From Caldimicrobium thiodismutans (lineage in GTDB: Bacteria > Desulfobacterota > Thermodesulfobacteria > Thermodesulfobacteriales > Thermodesulfobacteriaceae): DNA of 32,000 nt. The translations under genes and the position numbers were made by a program. Positions 1-9,288 of this stretch are shown piece by piece. The stretch spans positions 1,350,001-1,382,000 of the forward strand of contig NZ_AP014945.1 of the NCBI RefSeq assembly GCF_001548275.1. The letters run 5' to 3'. Position 1 is the first letter of the stretch. Every line of letters begins with the position of its first letter. The notes beneath the pieces were generated by a model. That model had not been told where the DNA came from. It searched no databases and saw only the letters and a program-made list of their open reading frames with translations.

Positions 1-210
1 TTTGCCTGTATGCCGGGCAATGTGCAGTCTGCTATCTTAAAGAGGATGCGCGAGGAGACCGGAGAGAGACTTCCCATCTTAACCGTGCCCTGTGATGGAC
101 AGAGGTCTATGGGAGTAAGAATGAGGCTTGAGGCCTTTGTTGAACAGGTAAAGGAATATTTCAGGGTGAAAAGAGATGAAAAGCTACAAAAAAGAGTTGT
201 AAATTTTTAA
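1..210 (+). CDS. 3' end of a CDS entering from upstream (about 69 C-terminal codons). Tentatively 2-hydroxyacyl-CoA dehydratase/DUF2229-like; function not established.
   Basis: Frame 1 is open from base 1 (FAC precedes the first Met at 10) to the TAA at 208-210. The pattern Cys...helix...PILTVPCDG loosely resembles C-termini of HGD-D/DUF2229 proteins. This is recollection only. Confidence 0.3.
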   Translation, partial: FACMPGNVQSAILKRMREETGERLPILTVPCDGQRSMGVRMRLEAFVEQVKEYFRVKRDEKLQKRVVNF

Positions 211-259
211 AAAGAAAAGTTTAAACCCACTTATGCCAGATTATGTTAAAAAATGGACT

Positions 260-288
260 TTGATTAATTTCTTAAAAGTCCATAAAAT
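260..288 (+). promoter_or_regulatory. Candidate sigma-70 promoter for the atp membrane-sector operon (TTGATT-N17-TAAAAT)
   Basis: TTGATT at 260-265, a 17-nt spacer, and TAAAAT at 283-288. It lies only about 8 nt before the TTG start proposed for the first gene. In AT-rich DNA this could be a chance match. Confidence 0.3.
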
Positions 289-296
289 AGCTTACA

Positions 297-563
297 TTGA
301 AAAAACAGAAAGAAAGTAATTTAAAATTTTTGCTCACCGTTCTTGGTGAGAGTTTAACCATAGGGGTTGCAGTAATTGGTTCTATATTGGCAGGGGCTAT
401 AACAGGCTGGCTTATAGAGGAGAAGCTTTTAAAGGGAAAAACTTCTCCCTGGCTTACAACTATTTTTATAATCCTTGGGGCTGTGGGAGGGATTAAAAAT
501 CTTTTATATTACAGTAAAAGGCGCATGAAGGATGTTGGAAAAGACGAGAGAAAAGGGGAATAG
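297..563 (+). CDS. AtpZ/AtpI-family small membrane protein (putative F0F1-ATPase-associated subunit)
   Basis: 88 aa with two hydrophobic helices (LTIGVAVIGSILAGAITGWLI; WLTTIFIILGAVGG), placed directly upstream of atpI-like/atpB/atpE. The start is a TTG, so the exact start is uncertain. Confidence 0.6.
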   Translation: MKKQKESNLKFLLTVLGESLTIGVAVIGSILAGAITGWLIEEKLLKGKTSPWLTTIFIILGAVGGIKNLLYYSKRRMKDVGKDERKGE

Positions 564-963
564 TTTTTTTAAAGAGCTTTCACTTTTTATGTTTCTTAGT
601 TTAGCAACGGGATCCTTAGGGGTGCTCATAGTTTTTCAGGATTTAAAGCTTTTTTTGTCCTTTTTATTAGGCGCAGCCTTAGCATATCTTAATTTTTTAA
701 CCTTAAAAAAAGAGGGAGGGGAGTTGCTGGCCCGGGTTTATCAAAATGTGATGAGTTGTCTTGATAGGCCATATCAAAGAGAGCGCACCCTTTTTCTGAT
801 AAAAGTTTATTTACGACTCCTTGCCATAGGGATAATTTTTTATTTTTTAATAACAAGGTTAGGGCTACATCCTGTTTTTTTACTTCTGGGATTTACCTTG
901 ATTTATTTTCAGATTTTTGTAGTAATGATAAGATTTTGGTTGAGAAAAAAAGAAAGTTTTTAA
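532..963 (+). CDS. atpI: ATP synthase protein I-like membrane protein
   Basis: 143 aa with about four predicted TM helices. It overlaps the preceding ORF by 32 nt and sits immediately before atpB. The call rests on position and topology, not on a specific motif. Confidence 0.5.
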   Translation: MLEKTREKGNSFFKELSLFMFLSLATGSLGVLIVFQDLKLFLSFLLGAALAYLNFLTLKKEGGELLARVYQNVMSCLDRPYQRERTLFLIKVYLRLLAIGIIFYFLITRLGLHPVFLLLGFTLIYFQIFVVMIRFWLRKKESF

Positions 964-975
964 AGGGGGTAAAAG

Positions 976-2174
<1,199 letters not shown>

Positions 2175-2208
2175 ACCAGAGATATTTATTCAAGATTCTT
2201 TTTATTCA

Positions 2209-2248
2209 AGAGGGCCCGGGATAAATCTTGGGTCCTCTTTTTTGTTTT
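2209..2248 (+). terminator. Rho-independent terminator after atpE
   Basis: AGAGGGCCC (2209-2217) pairs with GGGTCCTCT (2230-2238) as a 9-bp stem with one G-U pair, followed by TTTTTGTTTT. Confidence 0.75.
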
Positions 2249-2257
2249 ATAGTAAAA

Positions 2258-3787
2258 ATGCTCAGTAAGATCCTTTCCTTTTCTTTGTATGGTCTTGAAG
2301 CAATTCCTGTTGAGGTTGAGGTTGATCTTTCAAGAGGGCTTCCCGGGATAACCATTGTGGGGCTTCCTGATAGCAGTATCAAAGAATCCAGAGAAAGAAT
2401 CCGCTCGGCCCTCATAAATTCAGGCTTTGATTTCCCTATGCAAAAGATAATTATTAATCTTTCACCTGCTGATCTGAAAAAAGAAGGCACAGGCTTTGAT
2501 TTGGCTATTGCCTTTGGAATCCTTTCAGGAGATGGGTTGATTGAGAAGGAGAGATTAAGCGGGCTTGCCATGGTAGGTGAGCTTTCCTTAGATGGAACTT
2601 TAAAGGGAGTCCGGGGAATATTGCCCTTTGTGCTTAAGGCCAAGGAGCTTAAACTTAGGGAGATTCTGATACCGGTAGAAAACCTCAGGGAGGCTTTTCT
2701 TGTAAAGGATTTTAAAATACGAGGGTTTAGGCATCTCCGTGAGGTCTTTGATTATATTAAATTTGGGAGTGAACCAATTTATAGCCCTGAGCCCTTAGAT
2801 TTTGGATCTTCTCAAGGGATAATGGGAGATTTTAGCGAGGTTCATGGTCAGGCCTTAGCCAAAAGAGCCTTTGAGATCTCTGCTGCTGGGGGGCACAATC
2901 TTTTAATTCTTGGGCCGCCAGGTGCTGGAAAAACTATGCTTGCAAGTAGATTACCTGGAATCCTTCCTCCCCTTACTTATGAAGAGGCCTTAGAGACAAC
3001 CAAGATCTATTCAGTGGCAGGTCTTTTAACTTCAGAGAAACCCTTTATTCAGGAAAGACCCTTTCGAAACCCTCATTTTAATATCTCTGAGGCAGGACTT
3101 ATTGGTGGAGGGACCTTCCCCAAACCAGGAGAGGTTAGTCTTGCTCATAATGGGGTTCTTTTTTTAGATGAGTTTCCTGAATTTAGAAGAGATGTCCTTG
3201 AAGCCCTTAGACAGCCTCTTGAAGATGGAAGAGTCACCATTACCCGGGCGGCCTTTACAGTTACCTATCCAGCTAAGTTTATGCTGATTGCTGCTATGAA
3301 TCCCTGCAGATGTGGTTATCTTGGGCATCCAACCAGGGCCTGTCAGTGCACCTTTCAGGAGATCAAAAAATACCGTTCCAAACTTTCTGGCCCTATTGTG
3401 GATAGAATTGACCTTCATGTTGAGGTCCCTCCTGTTGAGGTTAAAGAGATCTTAAGGGAAGAAAATCCATCTGGTGAGACATCTGAAAAGATACGGGAGC
3501 GAGTTATGAAGGCCCGTGCTATTCAAGAAAAGCGCTATGGAACTGCACTTAAATTAAATGCCCATTTAAAACCCAAGGAAATCAAGCGGTTTTGCAGACT
3601 TGAGACCGGAGCAGAGGATTTTTTGATTAAAGCCCTTGAAAGGCTTGGGCTAAGCGCAAGAGGAGTGCATAAAATCTTAAAAGTTGCTCGCACTATTGCA
3701 GATCTCTCAGAATGTGAAATAATAAGAAAAGAACATTTATCTGAGGCCCTTCAATATAGAGTCCTTGAGAGAAAAAAATATGAGTAG
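2258..3787 (+). CDS. comM: YifB/ComM-family Mg-chelatase-like AAA+ ATPase
   Basis: N-terminus MLSKILSFSLYGLEAIPVEVEVD, Walker A GPPGAGKT, LFLDEFPEF Walker B and a C-terminal ChlI-like region. The start at 2258 is chosen because 2228 lies inside the atpE terminator. Confidence 0.9.
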   Translation: MLSKILSFSLYGLEAIPVEVEVDLSRGLPGITIVGLPDSSIKESRERIRSALINSGFDFPMQKIIINLSPADLKKEGTGFDLAIAFGILSGDGLIEKERLSGLAMVGELSLDGTLKGVRGILPFVLKAKELKLREILIPVENLREAFLVKDFKIRGFRHLREVFDYIKFGSEPIYSPEPLDFGSSQGIMGDFSEVHGQALAKRAFEISAAGGHNLLILGPPGAGKTMLASRLPGILPPLTYEEALETTKIYSVAGLLTSEKPFIQERPFRNPHFNISEAGLIGGGTFPKPGEVSLAHNGVLFLDEFPEFRRDVLEALRQPLEDGRVTITRAAFTVTYPAKFMLIAAMNPCRCGYLGHPTRACQCTFQEIKKYRSKLSGPIVDRIDLHVEVPPVEVKEILREENPSGETSEKIRERVMKARAIQEKRYGTALKLNAHLKPKEIKRFCRLETGAEDFLIKALERLGLSARGVHKILKVARTIADLSECEIIRKEHLSEALQYRVLERKKYE

Positions 3788-4376
3788 AATGAGTCTTACA
3801 GAAAGGATAAAGCTTTCAACAGAGCCCCTACTTTTACCCTTAGTAAAGGTTCTTGTGAATCTCAATGTGCATCCCAATGTGATAACCCTTCTCTGTTTTT
3901 TGGGTTTTATCATTAGTGCCTTTTTCATTGCGCAGGGGAGGTTTTTAGTGGCAGGCCTTGTTTTGCTCATCTTTGCTCCCCTTGATGCGGTGGATGGATT
4001 ACTGGCCAGAACTGCTAAGAAGGTGACAGCTTTTGGAGCTTTTCTTGACTCCACTATGGATAGATATGGCGAGATATTTCTTTTTCTTGCTCTAACCTAT
4101 TATTTTATGCTCAAAGGCTCTGTTTCGGGGATTTTGCTTTCCTTTCTTGGTATCACTGGTTCTTTAATGGTTAGTTATACGCGAGCCAGAGCCGAAGGGG
4201 TTGGAATAGCTTGCAAGGTCGGGCTCCTTACCAGATTTGAAAGACTTACGCTGATTATAATCTCCCTTATTCTGGACTCCATTTTTTTATGTCTGACTAT
4301 TCTTGCCTTCTTTACGCATTTAACTACCTTTCAAAGGATCTGGCATGTTTATAAAAATTCTAAGGAGATAAAATAA
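3780..4376 (+). CDS. CDP-alcohol phosphatidyltransferase family protein (PIP-synthase/AIP-synthase-like size and motif)
   Basis: Motif DAVDGLLARTAKKVTAFGAFLDSTMDRYGE matches D-x2-DG-x2-AR-x8-G-x3-D-x3-D. About 198 aa with multiple TM helices. The start (3765 TTG, 3780 ATG or 3789 ATG) is uncertain. Confidence 0.8.
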   Translation: MSRMSLTERIKLSTEPLLLPLVKVLVNLNVHPNVITLLCFLGFIISAFFIAQGRFLVAGLVLLIFAPLDAVDGLLARTAKKVTAFGAFLDSTMDRYGEIFLFLALTYYFMLKGSVSGILLSFLGITGSLMVSYTRARAEGVGIACKVGLLTRFERLTLIIISLILDSIFLCLTILAFFTHLTTFQRIWHVYKNSKEIK

Positions 4377-4377
4377 G

Positions 4378-4608
4378 ATGTGTTTGGCCTATCCCTATCA
4401 GATTCTGGAAATAACCGGGCCTTTTACAGCCAAAGCCTCTGTGGATGGAGTAACCAAGGAGATTTATATTTCTCTTATCGGGGAACCTCTTAAACCAGGA
4501 GACTGGGTGCTTGTGCATGTTGGCTTTGCAATACAAAAGGTGGATGAAACTTTAGCCTTTGAGACTTTGAAAAATTATCATGATCTCTTCAGTGAAGACT
4601 CTCCTTAA
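4378..4608 (+). CDS. hypC: [NiFe]-hydrogenase maturation chaperone HypC/HupF
   Basis: 76 aa with the N-terminal MCLAYP motif (essential Cys2), directly upstream of and overlapping hypD. Confidence 0.9.
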   Translation: MCLAYPYQILEITGPFTAKASVDGVTKEIYISLIGEPLKPGDWVLVHVGFAIQKVDETLAFETLKNYHDLFSEDSP

Positions 4609-5698
4609 GCTCTCAAAGAAGCATACCTTAGTTAAAAAACTCCTCAGCCAGATAAAAGATCTTCTTAAAGAGGTTGAAAAACCTGTAAGGATCATGGAAT
4701 TTTGTGGAGGTCATACGCATAGCCTTTTAAAATATGGGCTTGATGTGGCCTTGAGTCCTGAGGTAGAATTTTTTCACGGCCCGGGATGTCCTGTTTGTGT
4801 TTTGAGTTTGAATAGACTTGAGTTGGCCTTAAAAGTTGCCCAGGAGAAGGATGTCATTTTTACTACTTATGGAGATCTTTTAAGGATTCCAAACTCAGAG
4901 GGAATTTCTCTCCTTTCTCTAAGAGCTGCGGGAAAAGATATTCGCATGCTTTCTAATGCTATGGAAGCACTAAAGATTGCTAAGACTAACCCTTCTAAGC
5001 TTGTAGTTTTTTTTGCTATTGGTTTTGAGACCACAACACCTGCTACCGCCTTTCTTTTAGAGATTACTAAGGCTGAGAAAATTCCAAATTTAAAAGTAAT
5101 TTCCAATCACCTGCTTACTCCTGCTATTCTCAATTATATCTTTAAGAAAAATGGGGTTTATATAGATGGAATAATTGGGCCAGGACATGTTTCTGCTATT
5201 ATTGGAGCAAAGGCCTATGAAGGGGTGACAGCAAAATTCAATCTTCCCATGGTAATCTCGGGTTTTGAACCTTTAGATATGCTTTTAGCCCTTAAATTGC
5301 TTGTGGAAAAGATTTTTCAAAGAGAAAATGGGGTTTTTATTGCCTATACAAGGGCTGTGACCTGTGAAGGAAACCAGAAAGCTAAGGAATTAATGGGCAG
5401 GGTTTTTAAAGTAAGGAAAAACTTTCCCTGGAGAGGCCTTGGAGATATACCTTTTAGCGGGCTTGCCCTTAAGGAGGAATATGAGGCCTGGGATGGAGAA
5501 AGAATATTTGAAATTCCAGATATCAGTGAAGTCTCCAAGGGTTGTCTTTGTGGGATAATCCTTCAAGGGAAGGCTAAACCTAAGGAGTGTAAACTTTTCG
5601 GAAAGCTTTGCACTCCAGGCACCCCCATTGGCCCCTGTATGGTTTCCTCAGAGGGAGCCTGTCTTGCCTATTTTAAATATAAGGGGTCTCTTTCTTAA
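4580..5698 (+). CDS. hypD: [NiFe]-hydrogenase maturation protein HypD
   Basis: Motifs FCGGHTH, GPGCPVCV, GFETTTP and GPGHVS, plus a Cys-rich C-terminus. Confidence 0.95.
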   Translation: MISSVKTLLKLSKKHTLVKKLLSQIKDLLKEVEKPVRIMEFCGGHTHSLLKYGLDVALSPEVEFFHGPGCPVCVLSLNRLELALKVAQEKDVIFTTYGDLLRIPNSEGISLLSLRAAGKDIRMLSNAMEALKIAKTNPSKLVVFFAIGFETTTPATAFLLEITKAEKIPNLKVISNHLLTPAILNYIFKKNGVYIDGIIGPGHVSAIIGAKAYEGVTAKFNLPMVISGFEPLDMLLALKLLVEKIFQRENGVFIAYTRAVTCEGNQKAKELMGRVFKVRKNFPWRGLGDIPFSGLALKEEYEAWDGERIFEIPDISEVSKGCLCGIILQGKAKPKECKLFGKLCTPGTPIGPCMVSSEGACLAYFKYKGSLS

Positions 5699-6371
5699 TT
5701 TCTTTTTCTACCACATCAACTGGTAAAAACTTTGATCCTGAAAAGGCTCCAGAAATAATAGCCTCCGGGGCCTTAAAGTCGTTCCAAATAGCAATATAAA
5801 TATGCACAAGGACAAAGAAGGTAAAGATCCAGTGAAAGAGATAATGGAGAAAACGAGCCATCTGAACAGAACCAAAGAGGAAAACTCCTAATTTTTTGAT
5901 AATACTCACATCCGGGTAAAGGAGATAGAGACCTGTTACAGTCATAAGAAGAGCTGAAAAGAATATAATGCTATACATGACTCCTGCCAAAACCGTATGT
6001 CCAATTCTCCATTCATGCTCATCGGTAATGTAGAGATAAAATTTTAAACTTCGCCAAAAAGAAATAAGATTTTCTCTATTTACAGGTAGAAAATCCTTGG
6101 CTCTCTCATATTTATTTCCAAAAAAGAGAAGATAAATTCTTAAGAGAACAGCAGACATAAAGAAATAGGCAGCTATGAAGTGATAGTATCGCAGAGTTGC
6201 CATAAGGAAGGAGGGCCTGAATTCTGCCCAGGTAGTTGTTACTGGGGGATTATGGATGTAAAGACCTGTCAGAATAAGGGCTGCTGTTGAAAAGGCAAAG
6301 GTCCAATGAAAAAGCCTTAAGGCCCAGCTCCAGACAAAAACCCTTTTATAAAGTCTTGGTTCTACTTTCAT
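5673..6371 (-). CDS. hyaC: Ni/Fe-hydrogenase b-type cytochrome subunit (membrane anchor)
   Basis: 232 aa with four TM helices carrying conserved His residues (RLFHW, YYHF, HYLFHW). It is the last gene of the small-large-cytochrome b operon, with a GGAGG RBS. Confidence 0.88.
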   Translation of the reverse strand: MKVEPRLYKRVFVWSWALRLFHWTFAFSTAALILTGLYIHNPPVTTTWAEFRPSFLMATLRYYHFIAAYFFMSAVLLRIYLLFFGNKYERAKDFLPVNRENLISFWRSLKFYLYITDEHEWRIGHTVLAGVMYSIIFFSALLMTVTGLYLLYPDVSIIKKLGVFLFGSVQMARFLHYLFHWIFTFFVLVHIYIAIWNDFKAPEAIISGAFSGSKFLPVDVVEKEIKKETPYI

Positions 6372-6383
6372 AGATTTCCTCCT

Positions 6384-8093
6384 TTAAAGGACTTTTACAC
6401 GGGTAATCTCCTTTTTGCTTTTGTCATAGATATGGACTGCACAGGCAATGCATGGATCAAAAGAATGAATGGTTCTTAAGACCTCAAGAGGTTGCTCAGG
6501 TTTAACTATAGGATTATTTATGAGGGATTCTTCATAGGGACCGCGTTTGCCCTTTTCATCCCTTGGACTTACATTCCAGGTAGAGGGAACTACAGCTTGA
6601 TAATTTTTAATCTTTCCTTTGTTAATAACTACCCAGTGTGAAAGGGTTCCACGAGGGGCCTCATGAAAGCCAAAACCTTTAATTTCCCCTTCAGGAAATC
6701 TTAGCCCCGTTCTATAAGGATAAATCTCAAGATCTCCCTTAGTGATATTTTGAGTGAGAAGATCTAAGTGTTTCAAAGCAAGATCAGCGAGCATGGCACA
6801 TCTTACTGCCCTTGCAAGATGTCTTCCCATAGTTGAATGAAGCTTATCAACAGTTATGGGTTTTTTAGCAAGAGCCGAACATTTTTCAAGGGCATAATTC
6901 AACCACTTCATAGTCAATTCGTGCTTACTTGCAACACCCATAAGAATCTGAGCCAGAGGACCAACCTGCATAGGTTCTCCTTTAAAACGAGGAGCCTTTG
7001 CCCAGGAGTATTTCTCATTCTCTTTGAAACCAGTATATTCAGGAACAGTGTCTCCTTCCCAGGGGTGTTTGGACCCGATATTCTTATACCAGGAGTGAAT
7101 CACGCTTTCTGATACATTATCTCTGAAATAGGGATCATCAAAGCTTGTAATGGCTTTATAAGTAGAGAGGTCACCGTGAAAGATAGTTCCGCCAGGTAGA
7201 TCAAATTTTATTCCCTTAGTGTCAAGGGGTAAATCAGGCACCGCTAAGTAGTTAGTTATACCCTTGCCAATGTCAAACCAATCTGGATAAAGGGCAGAAA
7301 GGGCTATAGCGTCATTAAGATAAACTTTCTGCACAAATTCTTTGACTTGAAGAAGAAGCTCTCTGGCATACATTAATCTTTCCATGTTAAGTGTAGCTGG
7401 ATTATCTGGATTAATAGCCAGAGCAACTCCTCCTACAACAACTGTCTGAATATGAGGGGTTTTTGCTCCAAAGATAGCCACCACTTGATTAGCTTTATAT
7501 TGATAATCAAGGGCAGAAAGATAGTGTGCTACAGCCAAAAGATTTACCTCAGGAGGAAGCTTCATCTGGGGATGTCCCCAGTATCCAGAGGAAAAAGGCC
7601 CAAGCTGGCCACTTCCTACAAAAGCTGAAAGCTTATCTTTAACCTCTTTAAAATAGGTTTCGCTATTTCCCTCCCAGTCAGAAATAGCCTGAGCAAGTTC
7701 TGCTGTTTTCCTGGGATCAGCCTTAAGGGCAGAAAGGACATCAACCCAATCAAGGGCGGATAGATGATAAAAATGGACAATGTGGTCATGAATCCCGTGA
7801 GCACAAAGAATGAGGTTCCGCACAAACTGGGCATTGAGAGGGATTTCCATATTCAAGGCATTTTCAACAGCCCTTACTGAGGCAATGGCATGCACAGTTG
7901 TGCAGACTCCGCAAAATCTTTGGGTAAACATCCAGGCATCCTTAGGATCTCTCCCTTTTAAAATAACCTCAATACCTCTCCACATCTGAGCTGAGGCCCA
8001 GGCATTATTAACCTTTCCCCCCTCAATTTCTACATCAATTCTTAAATGTCCTTCAATACGAGTAATGGGATCTATGGTGATCTTTTGAGCCAT
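6384..8093 (-). CDS. hyaB: Uptake [NiFe]-hydrogenase large subunit (group 1-like)
   Basis: N-terminal TRIEGH, RFCGVCTTVH and C-terminal DPCIACAVH, followed by a 15-residue tail typical of endopeptidase-processed precursors. Cys, not Sec, occupies the C-terminal motif. Confidence 0.96.
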   Translation of the reverse strand: MAQKITIDPITRIEGHLRIDVEIEGGKVNNAWASAQMWRGIEVILKGRDPKDAWMFTQRFCGVCTTVHAIASVRAVENALNMEIPLNAQFVRNLILCAHGIHDHIVHFYHLSALDWVDVLSALKADPRKTAELAQAISDWEGNSETYFKEVKDKLSAFVGSGQLGPFSSGYWGHPQMKLPPEVNLLAVAHYLSALDYQYKANQVVAIFGAKTPHIQTVVVGGVALAINPDNPATLNMERLMYARELLLQVKEFVQKVYLNDAIALSALYPDWFDIGKGITNYLAVPDLPLDTKGIKFDLPGGTIFHGDLSTYKAITSFDDPYFRDNVSESVIHSWYKNIGSKHPWEGDTVPEYTGFKENEKYSWAKAPRFKGEPMQVGPLAQILMGVASKHELTMKWLNYALEKCSALAKKPITVDKLHSTMGRHLARAVRCAMLADLALKHLDLLTQNITKGDLEIYPYRTGLRFPEGEIKGFGFHEAPRGTLSHWVVINKGKIKNYQAVVPSTWNVSPRDEKGKRGPYEESLINNPIVKPEQPLEVLRTIHSFDPCIACAVHIYDKSKKEITRVKVL

Positions 8094-8096
8094 CTT

Positions 8097-9191
8097 TTAG
8101 CCCTCCTTCTTTTCAGTTTCTACAAAGGTTTCAGAAGGTTTTTTACCCTTTATCCACCTTTTAACAAGCCCCGCTCCGGCATGCACTCCTATAGCAATAC
8201 CTGCACCTGCAATGGCATAGGAGCCAATCTTTTCTGCATCAGCAACAATACCCTCTCCAGCAGGAATAGTTACCTTAGGAAGGTGTTCATAAAAGGGTGT
8301 CATTCTGTCCCAGAAATGAGGCTCAGTGCATCCAAGGCATGGATGTCCTGCTCCAATAGGCCAGGCTCCAATATCACAGAACTTGAGAGTCATGCAGTTG
8401 GCATAAGTAACGGGGCCCTTACATCCTAATTTGTAAAGACAGTAGCCCTTTCTATGACCGTCATCCCCAAAGGATTCAGCAAATCTACCCTCATCAAAGT
8501 GAGGTCTTCTCTCGCAATGATCGTGAATTCTCCTTCCATAAGCAAAGCGAGGCCTATAATATTCATCCATCTCAGGGGGCCTATTGAAGGTCAAGAGATA
8601 GGCAACAGTTGATAAAAGGTTATATGGATTAGGGGGACAACCGGAGATATTGATGAGTTTGCCTGTGCCAATGACCTCTGAAACTCCGACTGCTCCAGTA
8701 GGATTAGGGGAGGCAGCCTGAATTCCTCCAAAGGTGGCACAAGTCCCGTATGCAATTACTAATTTGGCATCCTTAGCTACTTCCTTTAAAATATTGATAG
8801 CTGGTTTCCCACCGATTTGGCAATAAATTCCCCCATCTTTGGTGGAAACAGCACCTTCCACAACAAGAATATATTCCCCTTTATAAGCCTTCATAGCCTT
8901 TTCTAAAGCCGCTTCTGCCTGAGCTCCAGCTCCTGCCATAATAGTTTCATGATACTCAAGATTGATAATTTCAAGGAGAAATCTTCCCAGAGGTGGGTGA
9001 GAAGAACGCAAAAGGGTCTCTGTGCATCCTGTGCACTCCATAAAGTTTAGCCAGATAACTGTAGGTTTTTTAGGAGTCTTAACCGCTGCCTCAACACGCT
9101 CAACAAAGTTATGTGGAAGCCCCATGGTAGCAGTAATCAAAGTGCAAATCTTTAAAAAGTCTCTCCTGCTAAGCCGAGAGAGTTCCTCCAT
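8097..9191 (-). CDS. hyaA: Uptake [NiFe]-hydrogenase small subunit, Tat-exported, with a C-terminal membrane anchor
   Basis: Twin-arginine signal SRRDFLK, cluster motifs ECTGCTE, GTCATFGG and GCPPNP, and a C-terminal hydrophobic helix IAGAGIAIGVHAGAGLV. Confidence 0.95.
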   Translation of the reverse strand: MEELSRLSRRDFLKICTLITATMGLPHNFVERVEAAVKTPKKPTVIWLNFMECTGCTETLLRSSHPPLGRFLLEIINLEYHETIMAGAGAQAEAALEKAMKAYKGEYILVVEGAVSTKDGGIYCQIGGKPAINILKEVAKDAKLVIAYGTCATFGGIQAASPNPTGAVGVSEVIGTGKLINISGCPPNPYNLLSTVAYLLTFNRPPEMDEYYRPRFAYGRRIHDHCERRPHFDEGRFAESFGDDGHRKGYCLYKLGCKGPVTYANCMTLKFCDIGAWPIGAGHPCLGCTEPHFWDRMTPFYEHLPKVTIPAGEGIVADAEKIGSYAIAGAGIAIGVHAGAGLVKRWIKGKKPSETFVETEKKEG

Positions 9192-9288
9192 AAATCACCT
9201 CCAGAATAAAAATTTTTAACTATTTAAAGCTTTCAAGTGTTTATCCTAATAATACTGGTGAGAAAGTCAATGGAGATTTTTTCTCCAA

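Noticed and set aside
2206-2643. Long antisense or alternate-frame ORFs in the supplied track. Examples: 893-1093(-), 1873-2061(+), 2206-2643(-), 3737-4054(-), 8046-8429(+), 9866-10126(+), 14975-15406(-), 26347-26661(-), 28274-28687(-).
   Set aside because: Each lies wholly inside a confidently identified gene on the other strand or in another frame. None has a convincing RBS, and their compositions are low-complexity (Ser/Pro/Arg/Lys-rich), typical of shadow ORFs. None shows a recognisable motif.
9272-9286. Short hairpin GGAGA-TTTTT-TCTCC between the activator gene stop and the hydrogenase small-subunit gene, plus a TTGACT-N16-TAGGAT sigma-70-like element on the minus strand (about 9228-9255).
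   Set aside because: The stem is only 5 bp with no following U-tract in the minus-strand sense. The promoter match is weak (4/6 at -10) in AT-rich DNA. Neither is supportable without transcript mapping.
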